A stretch of DNA of 46,669 nt, taken from NCBI GenBank assembly GCA_905199455.1, contig CAJKGV010000001.1:1-46669 (forward strand). Reading direction: 5' to 3'. Of this stretch, positions 33,269 through 46,338 are shown one piece after another. How positions within the stretch are numbered: position 1 is the stretch's first letter; every line of letters begins with the position of its first letter. A model generated the notes under the pieces. That model ran no database searches. It was given only the letters and a program-made list of their open reading frames with translations, and was not told the origin of the DNA. The stretch is from Collinsella aerofaciens. Lineage in GTDB: Bacteria; Actinomycetota; Coriobacteriia; Coriobacteriales; Coriobacteriaceae. Both the position numbers and the translations under genes were made by a program.

Positions 33269-33985
33269 TTAGCGCTTCTTCTTGTTCTTCTTCTGCTTGC
33301 GTTGCTTGCCCTTGGTCTCCTGGGGCTTGTCGCCCTGCTTGGCCTCGGCGGCGGCCTTCTCGGCCTTCATTTTCTTCTTCTTGGTCTCGATGCGGAGTTT
33401 TTTGTTGATGCGCGCCTTAAGGAAGGAGCCAAACTGCTCGGCATCGCCACGGACGAAGGTGTCCTTGGGGATCGTCACGCCCTGGTCGGCGAACATGGCC
33501 ACAAAGATGCGCTCGCCGTCGAGCACGTGGTCGAGCTTTTCAAACGGGAAGAACTGCGACTTGCCGCTCTTGCCCCAAACCATCAGGCCGTCCTCGTTGG
33601 CGGCGACGCGGCGATAGCGGCCACCCATGGACTCGTCGGCCTCAACGGCGTCGATAAAGTCGCGGGCGAGGGTGTGGTGCAGGTTTTTGCTCCACCAGGC
33701 CAAAAAGGCGCCGAACACGATCAGGACGACGCCAAACTTGATCCAGTTGCCGCCGGCCACCAGCATGCCGATGCCGATGAGCGCGGCAATTGCCGCGGCG
33801 ACATACAGCGAGCCGCGACGCCTGGGCGAGGCGACCAGGCGGGCGAAGTCGGTGACCAGGTCGTTTTCATACTGGTACTCGTTGAGGTACAGGATGCCGT
33901 CGTCGGCTGCGGCCTGCTCCTCGAGCGCGACCTCGACCTGGTCGGCTGCTTCGGAGGGGACGAGGTTGCTCTCTGCGTCTGCCAT
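33269..33985 (-). CDS. YcxB-like membrane protein with Lys-rich tail
   Basis: AGGAG RBS before ATG 33985. Two TM helices, then a C-terminal domain ending ...IPKDTF. Confidence 0.75.
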   Translation of the reverse strand: MADAESNLVPSEAADQVEVALEEQAAADDGILYLNEYQYENDLVTDFARLVASPRRRGSLYVAAAIAALIGIGMLVAGGNWIKFGVVLIVFGAFLAWWSKNLHHTLARDFIDAVEADESMGGRYRRVAANEDGLMVWGKSGKSQFFPFEKLDHVLDGERIFVAMFADQGVTIPKDTFVRGDAEQFGSFLKARINKKLRIETKKKKMKAEKAAAEAKQGDKPQETKGKQRKQKKNKKKR

Positions 33986-34100
33986 GCTCTTTGGACTCCT
34001 ATCGCGGCGGGCTCGCCGTACGGGTATTATGGAATGCAGTATGCCGTGCGACCGCATGGCCGCCGCGGCAACAAGACTCAGTATACCCGGGGGAGCACCC

Positions 34101-36578
34101 ATGGAATCGTTGTACCGAAAGTATCGCCCGCTCACCTTCGACTCCGTGGTGGGCCAGCAGCATATCGTCTCGACGCTCGAGCACGCCATCACCGAGGGGC
34201 GCCTGTCCCACGCCTACCTGTTCTGCGGACCGCGCGGCACGGGCAAGACCACCATGGCGCGCATTCTGGCCAAGGCGCTGCTGTGTCGCAATGCCGAGGC
34301 GGCGCGCGCCGAGGGTGCAAGCGGCTGCATGCCCGACGGTACTTGCGAGGAGTGCGAGCTCATTGCCGAGGGTAACCACCCCGATGTCTACGAGCTCGAT
34401 GCCGCCTCCCGCACGGGCGTGGACAATGTGCGCGAGGAAATCATCAACTCCGTCAACTTTGCCCCGGTGCGCGGCAAGTACAAGATTTATATCATCGACG
34501 AGGTCCACATGCTCACAACGGCGGCGTTTAACGCGCTGCTCAAGACGCTCGAGGAGCCGCCGGCACACGTGATCTTTGTGTTGTGCACCACCGACCCGCA
34601 AAAGATTCTGGAGACCATTCTCTCACGCTGCCAGCGCTTCGATTTCCACCGCATCGGCAACGAGGATATCGAGCATCGCCTGTCTTACGTGTGCGAGCAG
34701 GAGGGCTTCGATTACGACGACGAGGCACTCGCCATTGTGGCGCGCCATGCCAAGGGCGGTATGCGCGACGCGCTTTCCACGCTGGAGCAGCTGAGCGTCT
34801 TTGGCAACGGTTCTGTGCATGCGGACGACGCCCGCTCGCTTTTGGGCGAGGTTTCGGACCAGATCCTGGGCGAGTTTTCCCGCGCCATTGCCGATCGCGA
34901 TGTTGCCGAGCTCTATGGACTGATCCGTGCGCAGGTCGAGGAGGGCAATGACCTGCTGGAGCTGACGCGCGACCTGGTGGCGCATGTGCGCGACGTGTAC
35001 GTTGCCTGCGTTGCCGGTGCCCGTGCCGAGCTGTTTGAGGGCGGCTCCGAGCAGGCCGAGGCGCTTGCTGCCGAGGCCGCTGCCTTTGGCGAGCATCCTG
35101 CCGACCGCCTGGCCCGCGTGCTGACGGTGCTCGACGATGCCGCACTGGAGATGAGGGGCGCGAGCGACGTGCGCCTGGTGCTCGAGATTGCCTGCACGCG
35201 TCTGGCGCGTCCCGAGGCCGATTTAACGATTGAGGCATTGGCCGAGCGCGTGGCACGCCTGGAGGCCATGATTGCCAACGGCGCCGTGCCGGCGAGCGTG
35301 GCTGCTGCTCAGGCCGCCGCGCCTGCAGCATCCGTACCCGCTGCTGCCCAACAGCCGACGCTCATTTCGGGCGCTCGTGCTGCCGCTCCGGCGGCATCCG
35401 CTGCCCCCGCTGCTACGTCCGCGCGCCAGGGCGGTATGCCTTGGGACCGCGGCGCTGCTGTTCCGGCTGCCCAGCCTGCGACCAAGTCCGCGGCTCCTGC
35501 GCCGGCGCCCAGACCTGTAACGCCTGCACCTCAGCCCGTTGCGGCTCCGGCTTCCGCGCCTGCTGCATCGACCGTGTCGGTGTCCAAGCCCAACAACGCC
35601 GCCCAGGTTGCCACCGCCGGTGCTGCCGAGACCCCCGCGGTTGAGGACGCCGGCGAGCTCCAGCGCAAATGGGCCGAGGTCGTCGAGCGCGTCAAGGCTC
35701 GTCAGGCCTCCTACGCAGGGCTTTTGCTCAACGCCCGCGCCACGGCCGACGACGGCTCCAAGCTCACGGTCTCGTTCCCTGCGGGCTCGACCTTTGCCAT
35801 CAAGATGCTCGGTCGCGCCGATACGCAGTCGGTGGTCCTGCCGACGGTCTGCGCGGTCTTCGGTCGTCGTACCGTCGACTATGTCCTGGATGGGGGTGGC
35901 ACGCCGGCTCCTCAACATGAGGAGCATTCTCCATCTGCACGGGCTGCGGTATCTGCGGACCCGCAACCCGTGTCCTCGGTGCCCCCTGCATCCTCGAGCG
36001 CCAGCGCGACGCAGCCAAAAGCGGCGCCGGTAGCGGCACCGACCCCGTCGGCGCCTGAACCCGCTGCGCCCAAACCGGCTGCTCCGATCCCCGCGCCCAA
36101 GTCCGCTGCCGCGCCTGCGCCCAAGTCATCCGACCTGGCCAAGGCCCCTTGGCTGCGCTCCGACAACCCTGCCGGTGCTCCTGCCACGGGCAAGCTCCCG
36201 ACCGAGCCCGCGCCCCGAGCGCCCGAGCGCGCGTCCGTCCCCATGGCTCAGCCGCCTGCGCAGGCTGCGCCATGGGAATCCGAGCAGGTGCCCTACGACG
36301 ATGCTATGGTCGGTGGTTTTGCTGCCGATGCCGGCGGGGACAATCTGCCCCCGTTCGACGTGCCGGGTGCGGCGTCCGCGACCAAGGCCGCTGCTGTGGC
36401 ACCCGCAGCCTCTGCAAACGACGACGTCCCCGCCGCTCCCTGGGAATCCAATCCCGGTGCTGGCAGCCCCTTCGGCCATCAGGGCGCAGCCCCGAGCATC
36501 CCGCAGACCGAGGACGAGGCCAAGGCCCTCATCCGCAGCGTCTTCGGTCAGTCCACCATCTTCAAGCCGGTGGAGTAA
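34101..36578 (+). CDS. dnaX: DNA polymerase III subunit gamma/tau
   Basis: LYRKYRP, GPRGTGKTT, DEVHML, FNALLKTLEEPP, SRC and GGMRDA. GGGGAG RBS before ATG 34101. Confidence 0.96.
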   Translation: MESLYRKYRPLTFDSVVGQQHIVSTLEHAITEGRLSHAYLFCGPRGTGKTTMARILAKALLCRNAEAARAEGASGCMPDGTCEECELIAEGNHPDVYELDAASRTGVDNVREEIINSVNFAPVRGKYKIYIIDEVHMLTTAAFNALLKTLEEPPAHVIFVLCTTDPQKILETILSRCQRFDFHRIGNEDIEHRLSYVCEQEGFDYDDEALAIVARHAKGGMRDALSTLEQLSVFGNGSVHADDARSLLGEVSDQILGEFSRAIADRDVAELYGLIRAQVEEGNDLLELTRDLVAHVRDVYVACVAGARAELFEGGSEQAEALAAEAAAFGEHPADRLARVLTVLDDAALEMRGASDVRLVLEIACTRLARPEADLTIEALAERVARLEAMIANGAVPASVAAAQAAAPAASVPAAAQQPTLISGARAAAPAASAAPAATSARQGGMPWDRGAAVPAAQPATKSAAPAPAPRPVTPAPQPVAAPASAPAASTVSVSKPNNAAQVATAGAAETPAVEDAGELQRKWAEVVERVKARQASYAGLLLNARATADDGSKLTVSFPAGSTFAIKMLGRADTQSVVLPTVCAVFGRRTVDYVLDGGGTPAPQHEEHSPSARAAVSADPQPVSSVPPASSSASATQPKAAPVAAPTPSAPEPAAPKPAAPIPAPKSAAAPAPKSSDLAKAPWLRSDNPAGAPATGKLPTEPAPRAPERASVPMAQPPAQAAPWESEQVPYDDAMVGGFAADAGGDNLPPFDVPGAASATKAAAVAPAASANDDVPAAPWESNPGAGSPFGHQGAAPSIPQTEDEAKALIRSVFGQSTIFKPVE

Positions 36579-36599
36579 CCGTGCGGGCGGGTATGCTGC

Positions 36600-37073
36600 T
36601 CAAGAAGAGATCTCTTTGCCCGGGCGCATCTGTATTTCGGACATGTGCAACGTGGTGCCGCGTATATCGCATTCGAGCAGACAGGTGCGTGACGGTCGGC
36701 CTAGGATGCTGAGGTCGATACGATACGTCGCATGGCTGTCCGTGTACTCGACTTGCTCGGCGTTAATGGTTGCTCCGATTGCCAAATAAACGCCTAGCTC
36801 GGCATCGACAATCTTGAAGTCCTTTATCTTGACCTTGAACTCTTGATAGAGGGACGGGCTGTTGTAGTAGACGGTTCGGGTTCCGTCGGTGCACTCATCG
36901 GTCGTCTCCCATTTGACGACGGGCTGGTCCGAGCTGGCTATCAGCAGTTCTGCTCCAAAAGCTATGGCATGGGTGATGACAACCAGCAATGCCCAGCCGA
37001 CAAAGAGATAGAGAACCACATATGCAACGGGGTGTTTTGAGCGGATGTTTTGGAGCGCGTTGGGGGCATTCAT
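36600..37073 (-). CDS. Hypothetical protein with N-terminal membrane anchor
   Basis: GGAGG RBS, one hydrophobic helix, and more AT-rich codons than its neighbours. Confidence 0.75.
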   Translation of the reverse strand: MNAPNALQNIRSKHPVAYVVLYLFVGWALLVVITHAIAFGAELLIASSDQPVVKWETTDECTDGTRTVYYNSPSLYQEFKVKIKDFKIVDAELGVYLAIGATINAEQVEYTDSHATYRIDLSILGRPSRTCLLECDIRGTTLHMSEIQMRPGKEISS

Positions 37074-37413
37074 GGGGCACCTCCAAATTACTATCTATGG
37101 CAATCAAATTATACCTCGCCGTCATGAGCGCCGCCTCGAGTAGTGGCTCGGCATTTAGCCATTTAGTGGTACGCATTAAATGTCGGATTCCGGCTCTACA
37201 AGATTTAGCTTTAAATATTATGCAGATGCGAATTATTCAACTTTGCATAATCTATGGGTGCGGCTTGCGCTCCAGGACATGTATATCGACTGAGGTAACA
37301 CGTCCGCCCCGCTCGCTGGCCTCGCGCCGTGGTACGATTTTTGAGTTTGAAAGTCCCGCCGTGCTCCGGCTGCCCTTGCAGCTCGGCGTGCGGCCGCACG
37401 TAAAGGAGCCATC

Positions 37414-37734
37414 ATGGCCGGTATGAACATGCAGCAGATGATGAAGCAGGCTCGCAAGATGCAGGAGCAGCTTGCCGCCGCGCAGGAGAACCTCAAGTTC
37501 CAGACCGTCGACGCCTCTGCCGGCGGCGGCATGGTCAAGGTGACCGTTAACGGCGAGATGGAGCTCGTCAACCTCACCATCGATCCCGATGCGCTCGATC
37601 CCGAGGACGTCGATATGCTGCAGGATATGATCATGGCTGCCGTCAACGAGGCCGTCCGCGGCGTCAACGAGCTCGCCAACAAGCAGATGGGCGCCATCAC
37701 CGGCGGCCTCAACATCCCGGGCATGCCGTTCTAA
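37414..37734 (+). CDS. ybaB: YbaB/EbfC nucleoid-associated protein
   Basis: [20 protein letters not shown] and [14 protein letters not shown]; upstream of recR. Confidence 0.95.
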   Translation: MAGMNMQQMMKQARKMQEQLAAAQENLKFQTVDASAGGGMVKVTVNGEMELVNLTIDPDALDPEDVDMLQDMIMAAVNEAVRGVNELANKQMGAITGGLNIPGMPF

Positions 37735-37747
37735 GACACGCATATAT

Positions 37748-38344
37748 ATGAGTGCCAACCACAGTCTGCAAAAACTGCTCGATGAGCTGGGCCGTCTGCC
37801 GGGCATTGGTCCCAAGTCGGCCCAGCGCATCGCCTATTACCTGTTGGAGGCCGACGCCGAGGAGGCGCGCCGCCTGGTCGAGGCCATCCTGGAGGTCAAG
37901 CAGGAGGTCCACTTTTGCAGCCGCTGCTTTAACTACGCCACGGCCGACGAGTGCTCCATCTGCCAGGACCCGATGCGCGATACCACTCGCATTTGCGTGG
38001 TGGGCGAGCCGCGCGATGTCCAGGCGATCGAGCGCACGGGCAGCTACCACGGCCTCTACCACGTATTGGGCGGCGTGATCAGTCCCATGGACAAGATTGG
38101 CCCCGAGCAGCTGCACATTCGAGAGCTGCTGGCACGCTTGGGCCACGAGGACATCCACGAGGTCATCATCGCCACCAACCCCAATATTGAGGGCGAGACC
38201 ACGGCGAGCTATCTGGCCCGTACCATCAAGCCGCTGGGCGTCGAGGTATCGCGTCTGGCAAGCGGCCTTCCCGTGGGCGGCGACCTGGAGTATGCCGACG
38301 AGCTTACGCTTGGGCGCGCCATCGAGGCCCGTCGCGCGATTTAG
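37748..38344 (+). CDS. recR: Recombination mediator RecR
   Basis: [12 protein letters not shown]4 zinc finger, [18 protein letters not shown] and LEYADELTL. Confidence 0.97.
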   Translation: MSANHSLQKLLDELGRLPGIGPKSAQRIAYYLLEADAEEARRLVEAILEVKQEVHFCSRCFNYATADECSICQDPMRDTTRICVVGEPRDVQAIERTGSYHGLYHVLGGVISPMDKIGPEQLHIRELLARLGHEDIHEVIIATNPNIEGETTASYLARTIKPLGVEVSRLASGLPVGGDLEYADELTLGRAIEARRAI

Positions 38345-38589
38345 GTGGCGAGCCTGCTCCTGCCGTATGTTTTCCTCGCGACGCACGGGGTAGTCATAAT
38401 TTCCCCGTGCGACTGTGAGTTTGTTGTGCAACAAAGATGCTTCGTATCCGCTTATCGCATGGATGCTTCCGCTCGCATCCTTAATTTGCCCATTCGTTGC
38501 GCAACCTTTTGGGTTCGCTGATACACTCAAATATGGATTTGAATGAATGCGCCGCTCCCAAGCGGCGTGTTTTTGTTGGAGGAGAACGC

Positions 38590-39495
38590 ATGCGGCCCGG
38601 TGGCACTCAGACAAAGCGCGGCGCCGCGGTGCGCATGCGGCGCCGACTGGGCTTGGCGCCGCGGGCGTACGCACTGCTGTCTTGCTCGCTGGTGCTGGTC
38701 ATAGCTGGCGTTTCTGCCTATGGCATGACCGTGCCGTCCATGATGCAGGCGCATGCCGCACGCGAACCGCGCGTGGGGCATGAGGTCAAAAGCGATCTGG
38801 GCACCACGACTGGATATGCTTGGGCAAGTGTGGTCGGGCATATTGTGTTTGGCACCGACGATGCGGACGGCGCCGAGGCCCCGGACAACGAAGTCACGCT
38901 TGCCAATGGCAAAACCATCGTGCTCACCAACACCAAGATCATCGATCGATTGTCCAACAATAGCGTGGCGGCAACGGTGAATAAGGTCGAGCAGCAAAAG
39001 GAGCAGGACGCCCAGCAGTCCGGAAAGCCCGGTAGCTCGGATACTTCTGGCTCCGGCTCGGATTCATCGAGTTCGGGCGGCGGCTCTGGGTCGGGTTCCT
39101 CTACCGGAGGGCCTGGAAACGGCGGCTCGACGGGCGGCAACACTGACAACGATGCAAACTCCGGCGGCCTTTCCGCTGCTGAGGAAGAGAGCATTCACAG
39201 TTGGCTTGTGACCAAGTACAACATGCTCGACGGCTATGTTTCTCGTGCCAATGACGTGGTCTCGACCTATAACTCTACGGGAGATCCCAGGCCGTGCGAC
39301 AGCCTGGTCGGGGAGATGTTTGTCATTCGAGCCGAGTTCGGTCGTCAGACATTCTCGCCCCGGTCAAGGTGGTATCAGCAGTATGCCAATCTGTGGGGCT
39401 GTTACACCAACCTATGCCAATGGGTCGGCCATTACGGCGATGATGACGTCGCGCTCGGTAACTTCAACAATAACGTGGCGGCGCTTGCCCTATGA
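38590..39495 (+). CDS. Hypothetical membrane-anchored protein with Gly/Ser linker and Cys-containing C-terminal domain
   Basis: GGAGGAG RBS before ATG 38590. Basic N-terminus plus hydrophobic helix. Stop overlaps the kinase start (ATGA). Confidence 0.8.
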   Translation: MRPGGTQTKRGAAVRMRRRLGLAPRAYALLSCSLVLVIAGVSAYGMTVPSMMQAHAAREPRVGHEVKSDLGTTTGYAWASVVGHIVFGTDDADGAEAPDNEVTLANGKTIVLTNTKIIDRLSNNSVAATVNKVEQQKEQDAQQSGKPGSSDTSGSGSDSSSSGGGSGSGSSTGGPGNGGSTGGNTDNDANSGGLSAAEEESIHSWLVTKYNMLDGYVSRANDVVSTYNSTGDPRPCDSLVGEMFVIRAEFGRQTFSPRSRWYQQYANLWGCYTNLCQWVGHYGDDDVALGNFNNNVAALAL

Positions 39496-41336
39496 TGACC
39501 GATCTTGCATCCACCACACCACAATCGCTCGGTCGCGATCCCATGGTCGGCCTGCGCCTTGCGCGTGTCGACGGGTTTGAGCCGGCCATTGCGCTCGGTC
39601 AGGACGAACTGCCTGCCTATCTGCGTCGTTTTACGATGCTGTTTGCCGACGATGCCACCATGCGCCGTGGCGGTATCGGCCGCGTGACGCGTGCCGTCAA
39701 CGCCCAAGGCGAGGCCGTGGCACTCAAGCAGCTCATCTTGCCGGCGCGCGATGAGTTTGACGACGATGCCGCTCACGAGGCGCTGGTCGCCAAGTTCAAG
39801 GCAGCGTTTCGCGAGGAATACGAATGCCATCGCGCCCTTTCGGGCCTCAAGGGCTTTCCCCGCCTCTATGGCTGGGGCGAGGTCGACGGTGTGCCTGCAA
39901 TTGTCATGGAATGGGTCGAGGGCGAGACGCTTGCCCGCTTGCGTTCGCGAGTTGCCGTGGACGATGCCGGACGCCTGTCGCCGCTTGTGGCGGCGCGTCT
40001 GGGTCGCGACCTGTTCGATCTGCTCTGCCGTATGAGCCTGGTGGGCGAGGGCTTTGTCCATCGCGATATCTCGCCCGCTAATATTATGGTGCGCACGGCG
40101 CGTCTACCGCTTGACCGGCAGCTTGCCGAGGGCACCTTTGACCTGTGCCTGATCGACTTTGGCTCATCGCTGGCGCTTGAGCCTGCGTCGGCCGTGGCCG
40201 GTACCGGCGGCAAGGCATCCTTTACCGAGCGTTATGCCACGCTGCGTCGCGCGACGGTTGCCTATGCCCCGCCCGAGATGCTCACCGACGATATTCCCGA
40301 CCTGCGTGCTTTGCGTATGTCGCCGGCGATTGACGTCTATGCCGCGGCAAGCACGGTTTACGAGCTCATTGCCGGTGTCGCGCCATACGAAGCCGCGCCA
40401 GGCACTTCGGGCACCTCGGGTTCGCGCAAAAAGACGCGCGACATCGCCAGCCCCTACCGTCTTAAGATGGACACGCGGCCCGACTATCCCATTGGTGCCC
40501 ATGCGCCCGGTTGCGATTTGACTCAGCTGCTTCGTCGTGAGCCCGATGTGGCGCTCGCCGCGGCCGAGCAGGCCCAGCAGCTAGGGCTTGAGCCGGATTC
40601 CGAAGAGCTACGTGATGCGCTGGCGTTTGTCGATGCCCAGCTGTTCGACGTGGTGATGGCCTGTCTGTCCAGCCATCAAAAAGATCGTCCCGAGCCGGTG
40701 GCGGTCGAGGCGGCGCTCTCGGCGTTTTGTGACCACTATACGCAAAATGTCGGTCGTTCGCTCCGCGGCGAGCCGCTCACGCCGTGCCCCATGGATGCGT
40801 CTGGCCGCGCGGTTCGTCGCGCGGCGATGATCGGTGCGGCGGTCGTTTGCAGCGTGGTTTGGGCTGTGGTCGTGGTTTCGGCCGCGCTGCTGGCGTCGGG
40901 CGCTCGCGTGACGGCGACTTTGGGATCGCTCGTGTGGTCTGGGTCGCTACCGGGTATTATTGCCGCACTGGCGTTGGCGCTGCCAGGCATAGCCGGCGTT
41001 GCCGCGGGGGCACTTGCGCGCGATCGGCGCTCGGGCTTCCTGCAGGGTGTGCTTGCGCTTTCTGCCTGCGAGGTTCCGGTGCTGGTTGTGGCTGCATGTA
41101 GCGTATTTTCCCAACGCGCCGTGATGGGCGGCCTTGTTGCCGCTTTGGTTGCAACCTATACGCTTACGTGGTTTTTGCTTGCGATGGGCTTTGCCTTTGA
41201 ACTTCCCGTTTCGGCACCGCGACGCACAAAAGCCCAGATGGCGACTCCGCTTGCCGGTGGAGCCGCAGCTGCCCGTACTTTTGGCGGACCTGTCGAAGTA
41301 TCGTCCGATTCTATTTCTACGACCAAGGAGGCCTAG
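39492..41336 (+). CDS. Ser/Thr protein kinase with about four C-terminal TM helices
   Basis: GGIGRV, VALK, HRDISPANIM, DFG, YAPPE and DVYA. Confidence 0.9.
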   Translation: MMTDLASTTPQSLGRDPMVGLRLARVDGFEPAIALGQDELPAYLRRFTMLFADDATMRRGGIGRVTRAVNAQGEAVALKQLILPARDEFDDDAAHEALVAKFKAAFREEYECHRALSGLKGFPRLYGWGEVDGVPAIVMEWVEGETLARLRSRVAVDDAGRLSPLVAARLGRDLFDLLCRMSLVGEGFVHRDISPANIMVRTARLPLDRQLAEGTFDLCLIDFGSSLALEPASAVAGTGGKASFTERYATLRRATVAYAPPEMLTDDIPDLRALRMSPAIDVYAAASTVYELIAGVAPYEAAPGTSGTSGSRKKTRDIASPYRLKMDTRPDYPIGAHAPGCDLTQLLRREPDVALAAAEQAQQLGLEPDSEELRDALAFVDAQLFDVVMACLSSHQKDRPEPVAVEAALSAFCDHYTQNVGRSLRGEPLTPCPMDASGRAVRRAAMIGAAVVCSVVWAVVVVSAALLASGARVTATLGSLVWSGSLPGIIAALALALPGIAGVAAGALARDRRSGFLQGVLALSACEVPVLVVAACSVFSQRAVMGGLVAALVATYTLTWFLLAMGFAFELPVSAPRRTKAQMATPLAGGAAAARTFGGPVEVSSDSISTTKEA

Positions 41337-41339
41337 GTC

Positions 41340-42278
41340 ATGGCATCTCAAGTTGAGCTCACCCCATGCGGGGCCATGTTTGACATCTTTAAGCGCGCGG
41401 CGCATCTGAGCCATATCGAGCTGTGCGGCCTGGTGCTTTCGTCCCGTCCGCTCGCCGACGGCCGCAGCCCGCAGAGCCGAGCCGCCGATCGCTCTTGGGT
41501 TTCCCGCTTTATCGTTCGCGCACCGGTCGGCACGCTTCAGCAGCGCTACTTTGCCGAATACGGTACCTCGGCTGCGCGTATTATGTCGCAACTGGCCCTG
41601 CGCCAGCGCAATCCCATGGACTCCACGGCTGTGATCAATATGGTGTGCGGTCCTGCAGGTGAACCGATGGTACGCGCGCTCGAAGAGTGCCACCAGGACA
41701 CGAATCTCTATCGCAACGCGCTCGATCGCCTGTCCCAGGCGGCGGAACTCATGCCCGCCGAGCGCGCCGAGGCCGTGCTGGTGCTGTTTGTCGCCGTCGG
41801 TTGTTCGGCGGATGTGCGGTTCTCGGTGAACTATGCCATCGACTACGCACACGCGACCTGTGGCGGAGGCACATCCACGCCGCGTTCGCTTGGCATGTCG
41901 CTGACTGCGAGCGAACGCGAACCCGCCCCGGCGCACCCCTTGGGCTTGCTGCGCGTGCAAAACAGTTTTGTCGTGAGCGCCCCGCGCTGGATTCAGCCGA
42001 GCGAGCAGGGTGTTGAGATTGGCGCGCTGGCCACTGGTGAGGGCGATATTACCGACGTCGGCGACGATGTCTCGGCCCGCCATGCCCATATCTGGTGCGA
42101 TGCTCAAAATATCTGGCACGTCGAGGACTTGTCGTCCACCAACGGAACCGTGGTGGTAAACGGGGCCACGCGCGTCTGCATTCAGGTTGAGCCCGGCCGT
42201 TCCGCCCAACTCAATCCCGGCGACGAGCTCAAGCTCGGCGAATCCACTACCTACGCCATCCTCTTCGGTGCTCTCTAG
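41340..42278 (+). CDS. FHA-domain protein with uncharacterised N-terminal helical domain
   Basis: C-terminal VSARHA...VEDLSSTNGT...LNPGDELKLG. AAGGAGG RBS. Confidence 0.88.
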   Translation: MASQVELTPCGAMFDIFKRAAHLSHIELCGLVLSSRPLADGRSPQSRAADRSWVSRFIVRAPVGTLQQRYFAEYGTSAARIMSQLALRQRNPMDSTAVINMVCGPAGEPMVRALEECHQDTNLYRNALDRLSQAAELMPAERAEAVLVLFVAVGCSADVRFSVNYAIDYAHATCGGGTSTPRSLGMSLTASEREPAPAHPLGLLRVQNSFVVSAPRWIQPSEQGVEIGALATGEGDITDVGDDVSARHAHIWCDAQNIWHVEDLSSTNGTVVVNGATRVCIQVEPGRSAQLNPGDELKLGESTTYAILFGAL

Positions 42279-42726
42279 CTGGTAGATAGAGACGTTCCTT
42301 TTCTGCCGGCTGGGGACACTCCTTGGCGCGCCAGAGCCGGTCGCCTGGGGATGGAGAGGCCATTTTGGCCCTTGGCGGTCACCCGAGGTAAACCTTTACC
42401 GCCCGCCTATATTTGTCGAAATTACACTTGAAGGCGGGGTACAATAAACCAGCATGCGGATTTCCGTTGCGGGCGCTTCCCATCGCCGGGGCGTGCCCGG
42501 GAGCATCCGGCATGCGGCCTTTGCGGCGCTCGGTCATGTGCAAGACGGGCGGTCGGGTCTGTGGGGCGCATCAGTTGCCCCTCGCCTCGGCATGTCTTCT
42601 CTCCACGCCACGTACCTGCTGCTGAGCCTGCCTGCCAGATGATTGGAAGCAACAGCGTAAATCCCATCACGCCAACATCCCGGCGATCGCCGGGGCCTGT
42701 ATACCTATATGAGAGGAGAGGGGTAT

Positions 42727-46266
<3,540 letters not shown>

Positions 46267-46338
46267 GTCTCCCACCGCAGGATCTGAGGGCTGACCTTCG
46301 CGGACGTCTTCGGACATGAAAGAACCCCCGCTGCGCAC

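Noticed and set aside
33627..34192. Extended starts for dnaX (33627) and the YcxB-like gene (34192); SRP RNA upstream of dnaX
   Set aside because: The extensions overlap each other, and good RBS-ATG pairs exist at 34101 and 33985. No SRP domain IV motif is visible in the gap.
34101..36578. Programmed frameshift generating DnaX gamma
   Set aside because: I saw no A-AAA-AAG or long poly-A slippery site.
42450..42726. TPP riboswitch or the short ORFs upstream of nifJ
   Set aside because: The TPP core motifs (CTGAGA, ACCTGAT..TAATAC..GCG..GGGA) are absent, and the ORFs lack an RBS and host-like codon use.
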